Source: Trypanosoma brucei (Eukaryota). From it: a DNA stretch of 64,000 nucleotides. Of this stretch, positions 55,150-64,000 are shown piece after piece; position 1 is the stretch's first letter, and each line of letters begins with the position of its first letter. The stretch covers positions 1,056,001-1,120,000 of the forward strand of contig CM000208.1 in NCBI GenBank assembly GCA_000002445.1, read 5' to 3'. A program made the translations under genes and the position numbers. The notes beneath the pieces are model-generated. The model saw nothing but the letters and a program-made list of their open reading frames with translations, searched no databases and was not told where the DNA came from.

Positions 55150-55990
55150 TCCAAAGCGATGATGAGAAACTCCCGGTTTCTGTTGGTCGTATGTAACAAG
55201 GCTCCCGCGAGACCTGGTCCCATGCTCTATGGATGGGGTCGCACCGAGCAAAAGAGGCGGCTTGAGTACGAGTCGGTGGAATCTAAGTACCACAAACGGG
55301 AGTTCAACAAGAACTGGGACCTTGCCGGCGTAGAGCAGAGGTATACGGACTTCATGGTTGTGCGGACGTACTTTTCTATTGGCTCCCGTTGGGGCACCTG
55401 GGTGTATAACATGCTTCAGTTCTACGTTCTCGCGTTTCTCCCCATATTTGCGTTCATGCACACGCTACACAAAAATGTAGAGTGGTACGACGAGCGCATC
55501 CGGCACGCAGCTTGGTGGTAAATGAGGAAAAAGCCCTCTATGTAGGAAATTAGGATCGGCGGCCGATGTTAGAAGGTAATGGGGTTACTATTAGGAACCA
55601 CTTTTTTAGTTTTTATCGCACGCTAAAGGACGACAATCGTTTTGTCTTATTGCTTACCCTCGTTTTGTTCCTTTTTTCTCCCTTTCGAGGAATGTCCATC
55701 CTTACCCCACTTCCAAATAGTTGGGTGTCGTTGCTTCGCCTCAAAATCTCCACCCCCTGATCTTTCTTAGGTGTAGTGCGAGGTAGTATGGGTTTACTAT
55801 CGATCATCCGCAAAACGAAGCGGAAAGAGCGCGAGATGCGCATTCTGATGCTTGGATTAGACAACGCAGGGAAGACGACGTGTGTGAAGAAGTTTTGTGG
55901 TAAAGACACGAGTTCGATTAGTCCGACACTTGGGTTCCAAATCACCGCCTTCTCCCTAAATGGGTGCACATTGAACATATGGGATGTTGG
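55150..55990 (+). promoter_or_regulatory. placeholder removed
   Basis: Ignore; superseded by the entry below. Confidence 0.
55159..55521 (+). CDS. small hypothetical protein (120 aa) with C-terminal hydrophobic segment
   Basis: ATG start preceded by a strong plus-strand polypyrimidine tract (54990-55140). The overlapping minus-strand ORF 55036..55461 was rejected on polarity. Confidence 0.45.
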   Translation: MMRNSRFLLVVCNKAPARPGPMLYGWGRTEQKRRLEYESVESKYHKREFNKNWDLAGVEQRYTDFMVVRTYFSIGSRWGTWVYNMLQFYVLAFLPIFAFMHTLHKNVEWYDERIRHAAWW

Positions 55991-56348
55991 TGGTCAGCAG
56001 TCACTCCGCAGTTACTGGCGAAATTACTTCGAGAGCACTGATGGGTTAATATGGGTGGTGGATAGCAACGACGTTGCTCGTTTGGATGACTGCAGGCGAG
56101 AACTCCACACACTATTACAGGAAGAACGGCTTGCCGGCGCTAGCCTGCTTATCCTTCTAAACAAACAGGATCTATCAGGTGCCCTTCCTCCCGGAGAGAT
56201 TGAACGACACCTTGGAATTGACATTATCCGCAAGGGAAAACGACACGTTTATCTGTGCGCGTGTAGTGCGAAGACAGGTGCTGGCCTGTTGCAGGGAATG
56301 GAGTGGATTGTACAGGATGTATCCAGTAGAATGTATTTTGCGGGGTAG
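55788..56348 (+). CDS. ARL2: ADP-ribosylation factor-like GTPase 2 (ARL2)
   Basis: [31 protein letters not shown]...[29 protein letters not shown]...LNKQDL...CSA. Very close to the ARL2 G1-G5 motifs. The track ORF starts at a GTG at 55776. Confidence 0.85.
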   Translation: MGLLSIIRKTKRKEREMRILMLGLDNAGKTTCVKKFCGKDTSSISPTLGFQITAFSLNGCTLNIWDVGGQQSLRSYWRNYFESTDGLIWVVDSNDVARLDDCRRELHTLLQEERLAGASLLILLNKQDLSGALPPGEIERHLGIDIIRKGKRHVYLCACSAKTGAGLLQGMEWIVQDVSSRMYFAG

Positions 56349-56612
56349 GAATCCACAAATACTTGATGCAGGTATAAGTACGCGCGGTTGGTTTATTCAG
56401 GGTTTTTCTCCTTTCCCTTCTCACACCCCGTGTTTTTGTTGTTCAAAAGGGCCCCGATGCCCATACGTGGTATAGCCCCTAATTCTAATATAATTTTGTT
56501 AATTGCAGCTGTGTAGTCAATCCCGCTCTAATATCCTTTTTAACTGATTTTATAGCTTTGTTTGGAGGAAAGGAAAAGGAAAAGTGGAAGAGGCAGCGGC
56601 TATTGAGAAACC

Positions 56613-58025
56613 ATGGATTGGGTATTTTTTCTCATGGCGGCCTTGGCGGCCCTTATGGTGTTCGGACTCATCATCCATCTTGTGTCGATTTTCAGTTCTG
56701 AGGGTGACAACAACGATGGTTTCTTCGGGAAGCTGATCATCGTGGTGTCCTTCACGCTTGTCTCCTACAACTTACTTATGCTCCCATACAGTGTTGCAGC
56801 TTTGCAGTATGCAGCACTCATCCCTGAGTCCAAATCGAATGTGCTGTTGCTGTGGACCATTGTTGCTGTCGCCTTGGTGATTTTTGGTCTTGTTATATGC
56901 CCTTTTGTGCTGGTGTACCATGAGGTCGGGAATCACAATAACTCGAATGCTTGGAAGAGAGTGTGCGTGTCTGTAGCTATGACGTTGTTGGTTGTGGTAC
57001 TTGCCTCATCTGCATTTTACTGCGGATGGCATTTTGCCGGGTATGCCAACGTCGGATACACGGCGTATTCCACATCAATTCAACCCGTCACAAGCTTCGA
57101 GTCTATCAAGGAGTTCAGTGATCAGTCGCAAGGGGAATCACTCCGTCTTCAGGTGTCGCTTTTCGTTTATCTTATTGCGTTGCTGTGTGCTGCTGGATGG
57201 ATACCTCTGTGCACCTTTGGTGGTATAGGACTAGTAGCCGTCCCGCAGGAGTTCTTGCTGTACTTCCGTGATCGACCAAGGCCCATCACTGCTTCCGAAT
57301 ACGCCTACCGACGGGATGAAGTTGCGAGGGAGTCACAGCGCCTTATTGATAAGGGAAGAATGATTGAAGAAACAAGCGCCGAGCATTCGTATGGTGGACA
57401 CGCCAGAAAAGTGCTGGCGTTCAGGCAAGCCGTGAGGGAGTTAGAGGCATACCATACAACGTTAGAAATTTCTTACCACCAACAAGGGGGCAAAGTGTTG
57501 CAGGGCTATCTATGCCTCTTGGCCGGCTTAGTTTTTACGTTTCTATCGATAAGGTGGATTCTATATATAACGTTGAGCAATGTCTCAGACACGCATCCGA
57601 TGTATGGTGGAATGCTTCGCCAACTAAGTGACACTTCATTAACACTGTGTGTAACCGTGTACAGCTGTTTTGCGTTCTACTTACTTTGCTGCACAATAAA
57701 AGGCTGCATTAAACTCGGAGGAAACCTGGCTTTGTACCACATCTACCCTGTGGAGGTTAGCAAGACGCTTACCACATCATTCCTGTTCAATGCTATACTT
57801 TGCATAATTACTTCTTCCGCTGTGCTGAATCTTTGCGCGGACAGTTTTCCTGTGTACGCTGTGAACAGTGATGTAAGTGTGCTGTTTTCAGTGTTCGTGG
57901 CGAATCTTGCTGTAGTGAAATATGTGGTGAGTTACACACCATATTTTCTTGTTGTTGTTTCATGCCTTGCGTTGATGTGGCTGATCGTCTCCCCCAGGAG
58001 GTACGCTAGAGTCAGTCGGTGGTAA
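56613..58025 (+). CDS. multi-pass integral membrane protein, possibly LMBR1-like
   Basis: 470 aa with about 9 hydrophobic helices. A central charged loop (YRRDEVARESQRLIDKGRMIEE) and C-terminal ...SSAVLNLCADSFPVYA weakly resemble the LMBR1/LIMR family. Confidence 0.4.
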   Translation: MDWVFFLMAALAALMVFGLIIHLVSIFSSEGDNNDGFFGKLIIVVSFTLVSYNLLMLPYSVAALQYAALIPESKSNVLLLWTIVAVALVIFGLVICPFVLVYHEVGNHNNSNAWKRVCVSVAMTLLVVVLASSAFYCGWHFAGYANVGYTAYSTSIQPVTSFESIKEFSDQSQGESLRLQVSLFVYLIALLCAAGWIPLCTFGGIGLVAVPQEFLLYFRDRPRPITASEYAYRRDEVARESQRLIDKGRMIEETSAEHSYGGHARKVLAFRQAVRELEAYHTTLEISYHQQGGKVLQGYLCLLAGLVFTFLSIRWILYITLSNVSDTHPMYGGMLRQLSDTSLTLCVTVYSCFAFYLLCCTIKGCIKLGGNLALYHIYPVEVSKTLTTSFLFNAILCIITSSAVLNLCADSFPVYAVNSDVSVLFSVFVANLAVVKYVVSYTPYFLVVVSCLALMWLIVSPRRYARVSRW

Positions 58026-58524
58026 AAGCATGGCAAGGTTCTCCATCTTTTTTTCTTCAGTCTTTTGCTTGGAGGATGAATGAATGTGAATGGGAACGGA
58101 TTGGTGTGTCAGTGGGTGTAGTCACCAAACTGTTTTGCTTTTCTCACTTCCTTCCCCTTTTTATCTTGTTATGCCGATATGCATTCCTCTGTGCATAGTG
58201 CACCATTTGTTCCTTGCTTCCCAACCTTTCGCCGTGCAACCACGCGATGACGCTAACTTCAACACTACCGTGGGTCATGGCAAAGTGGTAACGAACAAAG
58301 GAGGAACGAAGTGAACCGAAAGTTTATACATGATGATGGAATGCAGTATCCCCCGACATGAACTTTATTTTTTTTATAGCTCTCTCATTTTTACTTTTTG
58401 TTGTGTTTACTTCTTTTGGTCTTTCTCTGCTTTTCGTGAATCAGTCGGAAAGAAATTTGCTCACATCTATAGGTGCTTTGAAGCAGGGTCATCTCCCAGG
58501 TTCCCACTGCGACGAGCTGCAAGT

Positions 58525-59076
58525 ATGGAGTACATGCATCATATTCAGGGCGTGGTCGTCCTCAATGACTCAGGTAACCGCGTATTTGTCAAGTATTATC
58601 TCAACGAAGATATGAAAGCACGTGGTGTGCTGACAACGTTAGAAAAACAACGCGCCTTGGAACGCGTTATATATGACGCCGTTTCGGCGCCCAAACGCAA
58701 TTGGGCGGCATCAAAGGACGGAGACATCGTGCTTCACGATGTTCACAGTATACTGTTCCATGTTTGGGGCAGTATAACGTTCGCAATTGTTGGTGACATT
58801 AAGGAAAATGAAATGGTTATGCACACCGTTCTTCGATGCATTGTTGACGCCCTGCAGCGGATACTGAAAACGCAAGACATCACTCACAAAGGTATATTGG
58901 AGAAATACGATGCGCTTGTACTGGCAGTGGACGAGGTAATAGACGACGGCATTGTTCTTGAGACGTCCGCACAGAACGTTGCTGATGATGTCGCACCATT
59001 CATGGCGGATGCCGAGACCGATACGGCTCGTTCGGCGCTCAGCAAGGTCAACGAATACCTTAAGGAGAATCTTTAA
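58525..59076 (+). CDS. coatomer zeta subunit (zeta-COP)
   Basis: VVVLNDSGNRVFVKYY, ENEMVMHTVLRCIVDALQRILK and VLAVDEVIDDGIVLETSAQNV match the conserved zeta-COP/AP-sigma longin-like segments. Start set at MEYMHH (58525) rather than the track's upstream ATG at 58330, whose 65-aa extension is low-complexity and has no zeta-COP counterpart. Confidence 0.75.
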   Translation: MEYMHHIQGVVVLNDSGNRVFVKYYLNEDMKARGVLTTLEKQRALERVIYDAVSAPKRNWAASKDGDIVLHDVHSILFHVWGSITFAIVGDIKENEMVMHTVLRCIVDALQRILKTQDITHKGILEKYDALVLAVDEVIDDGIVLETSAQNVADDVAPFMADAETDTARSALSKVNEYLKENL

Positions 59077-59480
59077 GGATGGTTTTAGGACATACTCTCA
59101 TAAAAGGGCGCAGCAAAGAAGGTGCCGAGAAGTTCGTGTGGGGTATCGCAGTTGGGTTGTTCCCACTTGCAACAGTCCTTGTTTGGCCAACGAAACGAAA
59201 GCACGGGTACTGGTGCGTGAATAAATGATTGGTAAAAATGCGACGTCATTACTGAAGTGAGCTTTTTATCCGCCCTCCCCACACACACCTTCCTGCTATC
59301 ATCATTTTTATTGGCATATCGTCCTCTCCCGTAGCTTCTATTGGTCTCGCCAAGCATTCATTTCTATCCGTTGTTGCGATACCTTTTTTTTCTCGGACAC
59401 ATTCAGGGACATCCGCTAGACACGTGTAAGGAAGCAAAAACAGGCAGAGAAGCGTGTAGGTGCGGTTGGAAGGCGGGAAA

Positions 59481-60086
59481 ATGCGGTCAACAGCTCCTCT
59501 TTTCATGGCCCAGGGCATTTGGGCAGGGTTCCGCTACTACCTTGGTCACTTCTTTTACCCCAACATGTACAGGGAGTATCTCTCAGTCCAGAACGCCCAC
59601 AAAATTGAGCGGGCGCTGCGCATCCAAACTGCCATCAAAGCAAACAGGGTGGACTATCGTGCCCTACTTGCTCTTCCTGTGACGGACCATGCGCATCCAT
59701 ACAAAATGGAATACCCTTGGGAGAAGGTCATTAACACGGACAAAAGTAAACTTAGTGGGTACGGAAAGTGGTACGCTAGCAAAATTATGTGTTTCTACGA
59801 AGGCCTGCAATACCATAAATATGGCTGCCTTCAGGATGATCTCATCAATGCACATGGCTGGTGGAACCGTGCTGCCCGTACCCGCGCCCCACAGGACAAA
59901 ATCGTACACGGAGACCGCCGTGTGATGAGGGCCCGTGTGCTTCGCGACAAATACATTTATGAGCCGAAGAGCCGCTGGGTACACCCAATCGACAACGTGG
60001 CATACTTCGGTCCGTACGTAATGATGGTGTGTGACGAGTGGGAGGAAAAGTGGGGATTTTTCGCGGGGCAGGAGGTAGAGTACTGA
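59481..60086 (+). CDS. hypothetical protein (201 aa)
   Basis: The track ORF starts at a GTG at 59460, and the first ATG (MRSTAPLF) is at 59481. No family recognised. Confidence 0.45.
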   Translation: MRSTAPLFMAQGIWAGFRYYLGHFFYPNMYREYLSVQNAHKIERALRIQTAIKANRVDYRALLALPVTDHAHPYKMEYPWEKVINTDKSKLSGYGKWYASKIMCFYEGLQYHKYGCLQDDLINAHGWWNRAARTRAPQDKIVHGDRRVMRARVLRDKYIYEPKSRWVHPIDNVAYFGPYVMMVCDEWEEKWGFFAGQEVEY

Positions 60087-60701
60087 TAGCAGCTCCATTG
60101 GTGGTATATAGGGGTGGGGCATGCCGATGGTGGTAGAAGTGTGGGCGAGAAGAAAAATAATGAGGGTCACTGGTGACGGTGGTGTTGGATTACTTCTTCC
60201 CCCCTCCCCCCTCAATTGCCCTTTTCCCCTACTGCATCGGTGATTACTGATGAAAGTTAGGAATTTAGGAGGTCCACGTATTGTGAACCGAAATGTGGGT
60301 TGATTGATGTTATGGTATGTTATGTTATTTTTTTCGTTACTTACTCACATGTAACTATCGCTATCGATATTAATACACATGCATATTATTTTTTTTGTTA
60401 TATTGAATGGAGTTGGGAGTTTGGGTGGGTAAATAATATTTGTCAAAGTTGCGTAGGCTCCCTCGACGGATGTCTACACGCCGTTGGTGCGTCCCGTGAC
60501 CGGACTGATCTTCCCTTACCTTTGTTCTTGTATTCGTTCCTTTCGTCACCTTATTCTTTTTCCCACTTTCCGCACCTTAAGCCCCACAGTCCTGTTATTG
60601 CTTATAGCGTAGTATCACGTTTTCCACATTCAAGGTGTGGACAGAGCTGAGGAATCGAGATATATTCGTAGGAGAGAGAGATAGGGCGGAGGAGCGTCTC
60701 G

Positions 60702-61529
60702 ATGCAGAAGCTTGCTGATCGCGACGAAATTGCCCTTGCGGTGACAAGCGACGCGTATTCGGTGTCTGGTTTGATCGAGCAGGACAGACAGTACAACATC
60801 GCATGTAGAAACCTCCGGCGACTGGACCAGCTCGAAAAGGATCAGGAGTACGAGTGGAAGGCGTTTAACGACTCCAAAAAGCAGTGGCTTCGACGTGCGA
60901 GACTAAAGACTGCCATGAGTGACATTGTACAAACGGAGCACCTTCACCGCAAGTACAATGATATATGCAGTGCGCACAAGGAGGAACTGGAGTCGTACAG
61001 ATTGGCGACACGAAAGGATGTGTTGCGCCAACCCGTTGCGATGTCATCGCTTTCGGTGGCCGTGCGCACCTTGGGGGATCGTCTTATGCGAGCCAACCTT
61101 ACCGGTAGTGCGTTGGATATGCAAAACATGTACGACACGCTACAACAGGAAGAAAGGGAAGAGGCGGTGAACCGCAAACATGAAACTATTGAACGAAAGG
61201 TCGCAAAAAAGAAACATCTCCTGGACGAAAAGGAAGCTTCAGCTTATAGGAAGGTGCTTCTTGCGGAACGTTTGGGCAAACGGCGTGGAGAAGAAAATAT
61301 GCAGGCTCTCGCCGCGAACCTAGAACACAAAGAGGATCAGATGGCTTCAGCACATTTTAGACAGAGAATCGCACCCTATTTTCCATTAGTGAAGGGCCGC
61401 GCGTTTGGCAGGGCACAGAAGCATGTGGCTTCGCGCGGCACACAGCTAAAAACGAGCTTGAATAAGGGCCATTTCCACGTACCCTCACTTTGTGGTCTCT
61501 ACGGGGGCCTCCTGGAGGTGGAACAGTGA
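60702..61529 (+). CDS. hypothetical protein (275 aa), charged/helical
   Basis: ATG start, plus-strand polycistron. Confidence 0.5.
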   Translation: MQKLADRDEIALAVTSDAYSVSGLIEQDRQYNIACRNLRRLDQLEKDQEYEWKAFNDSKKQWLRRARLKTAMSDIVQTEHLHRKYNDICSAHKEELESYRLATRKDVLRQPVAMSSLSVAVRTLGDRLMRANLTGSALDMQNMYDTLQQEEREEAVNRKHETIERKVAKKKHLLDEKEASAYRKVLLAERLGKRRGEENMQALAANLEHKEDQMASAHFRQRIAPYFPLVKGRAFGRAQKHVASRGTQLKTSLNKGHFHVPSLCGLYGGLLEVEQ

Positions 61530-61964
61530 AGTTTTTCCAAATAAAAGGCGAGTATCCGTTGGTTTCCACCCCCCCCCAAAGTATGTAAAAAAAATTGTAA
61601 CCATTATTTTCATCTCTTTTACTCAACGAAGCGCGAAAGGGACGGGGAGAGAAGGGCATCGTCTATGTAACCATTGCAGAGCTCGCTTCCTTTTAGAACG
61701 TTGAGTCCAATTTATCCATTAACAGTGCGGCATATCTTTGTGCAGTTTTCTTTCCACGGAGCATGTGATTCGTGGATGCTTCCCTTGACAGAAGGCCGTT
61801 TTTTTTTGTTGCAATCGCGCAGCTACTGATGCCTGTTCTTATCGGCAGCAACGCCCGAACCCACCAACTCTACTTCCCTCTTGTATCGCTGTGCGCGGTA
61901 AATGCCCGCGCGTACGCGTAGCGTTTACATGTAAAAGACGTTTGCCCCACCCTTACCACGCGAT

Positions 61965-63764
61965 ATGGCCAGTCAAGGAGAAACGGTTTCTTCTCCGATC
62001 TGTGTATCAAACAGGATCGCATCAACTGGTCTTGTAGGTTTGGAGGTGGGCGCCACTTCACCCGTGAGGGACCGGGCACACCAGGGCGGTGCGCGTGTGA
62101 GGTTGGACCGAGGACTCAGGGAGTGTGAGGATGCTGGTGAGGTTCCTTGCTTTAACACTCGGATTGGGGCGAAGACCACTCTGTCGGCCATATCGGAACT
62201 ACTTGAGTTGAAAACCGATGCTGGACTCTCCCTCACAGAAGCACAGGAGTGTCTTGTTCGGCGGATCAACTTTATAAGGAGGCATTACATCTATTTGCAT
62301 GCAGCATATATAATGCTGATTGCTCTTACTGGGGCCACTGCGCTATGTTACACCGAGGACAATCTGGCCTTCGTCGACGCCCTGTTCGCAGCAATGTCTG
62401 CCGTGTGCTGCTGTGGGCTGAGCACTGTGGAGGTTGCAGAATGGAAAGCGGAAACGCATGCCTTCCTCCACGTAATGATGCTGGCAGGTGGGGCGATCTT
62501 AACAAGTGCCTACCAACCCCTGCTCCGGTTGTGGGCGGTTAGTAAACTCTGCCCGATGCTCGAAGGAGACACAAAGGATTCTGATGGTGGAAACGCGCTT
62601 GGAGGCAATTACCTGAGTAAATCAATGCGGTTGTGGTACGCGTCCGCATTGTGTGTCGTCACGACGCTTATGTATGTGATCCTCGTGCACATAAGCCTAG
62701 CGTTCTTTCTCGGAATGTTCAATCGATCAAATTTGAGGGTTCCCGATGTTGTTCTGCTGGCGGTTGCCTCCTTTCATGGCGCTATCTTTACTCCCATGGA
62801 GCCCTATGTCGATGACCCGGCAGTTGTAGCGGTGGCCAGCGTCGGCTGTGCACTGGGGTTTACGATGTTTCCCGTGCTGCTGCGCTGTTTCCTGCGCATG
62901 GAGTGGTTTTTCTTCAGCGGTGTGAAACGGCTTTTTTCCAGCTTCAGACAGACGTCAACTGTACGACAACGAAGTCTCTTTCCTGCGGATAATGGTGAGG
63001 AGGCGGCGCTCCTCGGTTGCGTTGACGTGCCACTGAAGAAAGGTGCTAAGGAAGGCGAGTTCGAAGGTGGAGTTAAGGGATACAGCACGTGGGACAGGGC
63101 TTTCTGCGACATCTTAAAAAGCAAGCAACCCGCGTCGATGCACACATTTTTGTTCGACCTGAGGGAGACTGTCTACTTGGGCGTTGCTTGGGTGGTCATC
63201 ACAGTTATAGCGGCGGCCCCCTTTTGGTTTCAGCAGTGGAGTGGCGATGGCCTACTGGCTCCATATTCAGCACCATACAAAGTGTTTCTTGCTCTCTGCC
63301 AGGCTGCTATCGTTCGGTTTGGTGGTGCATCTTTTCTATCGTGCTTGGACTACAGTGACTCTCACATTGCGATTACGATAATGGCGATGTATGTGCCTCC
63401 CATACCTGTTCCGACGTATCGTGTCTATAAGAAATGGAAGTCGGTTCCTCTTGCGTACGCCATCAGACCATTCACCTCGCGCAAATTTTGGTTATTTGTT
63501 GCCGTATTTTGTATTCTTATCTTTGAGGAGGAGTGGCCAGATGGTCCGGACGCTCCTTACTACGACATGATAACCCGAACAATGTTTGAGGTTGTGAGTG
63601 CCTTCTCGGGTTGTGGATTATCACTTCCTCCACGGTGGTCAGCACTCTCTTTTAGTGGGACACTGGGTGTTTTCAGTAAACTCGTGATAGTGGCGGTAAT
63701 GTTTGCTGGCCGCCACTATACTGTGGATTTCAGCATTGATATTGGTTTCAATTCGCTGCCGTGA
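61965..63764 (+). CDS. Trk/HKT-type cation (K+) transporter
   Basis: 599 aa, multi-pass. Repeated pore-loop-like glycine motifs: AMSAVCCCGLSTVEV, AIVRFGGASFLSC, VVSAFSGCGLSLP. These are typical of the TrkH/HKT 4x M1-P-M2 architecture. Confidence 0.55.
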   Translation: MASQGETVSSPICVSNRIASTGLVGLEVGATSPVRDRAHQGGARVRLDRGLRECEDAGEVPCFNTRIGAKTTLSAISELLELKTDAGLSLTEAQECLVRRINFIRRHYIYLHAAYIMLIALTGATALCYTEDNLAFVDALFAAMSAVCCCGLSTVEVAEWKAETHAFLHVMMLAGGAILTSAYQPLLRLWAVSKLCPMLEGDTKDSDGGNALGGNYLSKSMRLWYASALCVVTTLMYVILVHISLAFFLGMFNRSNLRVPDVVLLAVASFHGAIFTPMEPYVDDPAVVAVASVGCALGFTMFPVLLRCFLRMEWFFFSGVKRLFSSFRQTSTVRQRSLFPADNGEEAALLGCVDVPLKKGAKEGEFEGGVKGYSTWDRAFCDILKSKQPASMHTFLFDLRETVYLGVAWVVITVIAAAPFWFQQWSGDGLLAPYSAPYKVFLALCQAAIVRFGGASFLSCLDYSDSHIAITIMAMYVPPIPVPTYRVYKKWKSVPLAYAIRPFTSRKFWLFVAVFCILIFEEEWPDGPDAPYYDMITRTMFEVVSAFSGCGLSLPPRWSALSFSGTLGVFSKLVIVAVMFAGRHYTVDFSIDIGFNSLP

Positions 63765-64000
63765 GTTCTGTGGCTTTTGATCAGAACGATGCAAGTCGAT
63801 TTGACGACGTTTAAAAAAGCTACATGAATTGTGTGCCCCTTTCCTGCATCAAAATTCGAAGTGAGGGGCGAATAACCCTACTCGCAAAGAGGCTGCACCT
63901 GTGCCGCGTTACACTGGTACTGGTGGCTGGTTGTCTTTGTGTTGTCGTGCATCCTGTGCCTCTCGCTATTCCTGCCGTTTGTAAAAAGAAATACTTCACG

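Noticed and set aside
55036-55461. 141-aa minus-strand ORF
   Set aside because: Opposite polarity to the plus polycistron. The plus-strand ORF 55159..55521 is preceded by a strong polypyrimidine tract, so it was preferred.
58330-58524. 65-aa N-terminal extension of the zeta-COP ORF from the upstream ATG
   Set aside because: The extension is hydrophobic and low-complexity and has no counterpart in zeta-COP. The conserved protein begins at MEYMHH (58525). The upstream ATGs probably lie in the 5'UTR.
59664-60215. 183-aa minus-strand ORF
   Set aside because: Antisense to the plus-strand 201-aa gene in a plus polycistron.
1-64000. CRISPR arrays, prokaryotic operons, rRNA genes
   Set aside because: The genome context is clearly kinetoplastid nuclear DNA. 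The only regular short repeats are the in-frame 30-bp coding array and microsatellites. No rRNA-like conserved stretches were recognised.

Overview
This window reads as a kinetoplastid (Trypanosoma brucei-like) nuclear chromosome segment. It has intronless, densely packed genes in directional polycistronic arrays, long CT/GA-rich low-complexity UTR/intergenic tracts, and a tandemly duplicated ribosomal protein gene. Coordinates 1-44000 form one minus-strand polycistron. It contains a DHH1-like DEAD-box helicase (5' part), an AUH-like enoyl-CoA hydratase, and a split methyltransferase-like gene. It also holds two consecutive sphingolipid-synthesis genes: a 3-ketodihydrosphingosine reductase-like SDR and serine palmitoyltransferase LCB2. 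Further along are an ankyrin protein, a 13x 10-aa-repeat protein with degenerate ECH/HCDH domains, 2x RPL30, an NDUFA5-like protein, a RING-H2 protein, a 2539-aa coiled-coil giant and a NIF/FCP1-like phosphatase. A roughly 4.4 kb gene-free divergent strand-switch region follows at about 44001-48474. A plus-strand polycistron then runs from 48475 to the end of the window. It contains two coiled-coil proteins, a divergent mitochondrial-carrier-like protein, ARL2, a multi-pass membrane protein, coatomer zeta-COP and a Trk/HKT-type cation transporter, plus several hypothetical proteins. The supplied ORF track allows non-ATG starts (TTG/GTG). Where the first codon was not ATG I moved the start to the first in-frame ATG, on the assumption that eukaryotic initiation uses ATG. 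No tRNA, rRNA or CRISPR features could be supported. All functional calls rest on by-eye motif and family recognition and need database confirmation.
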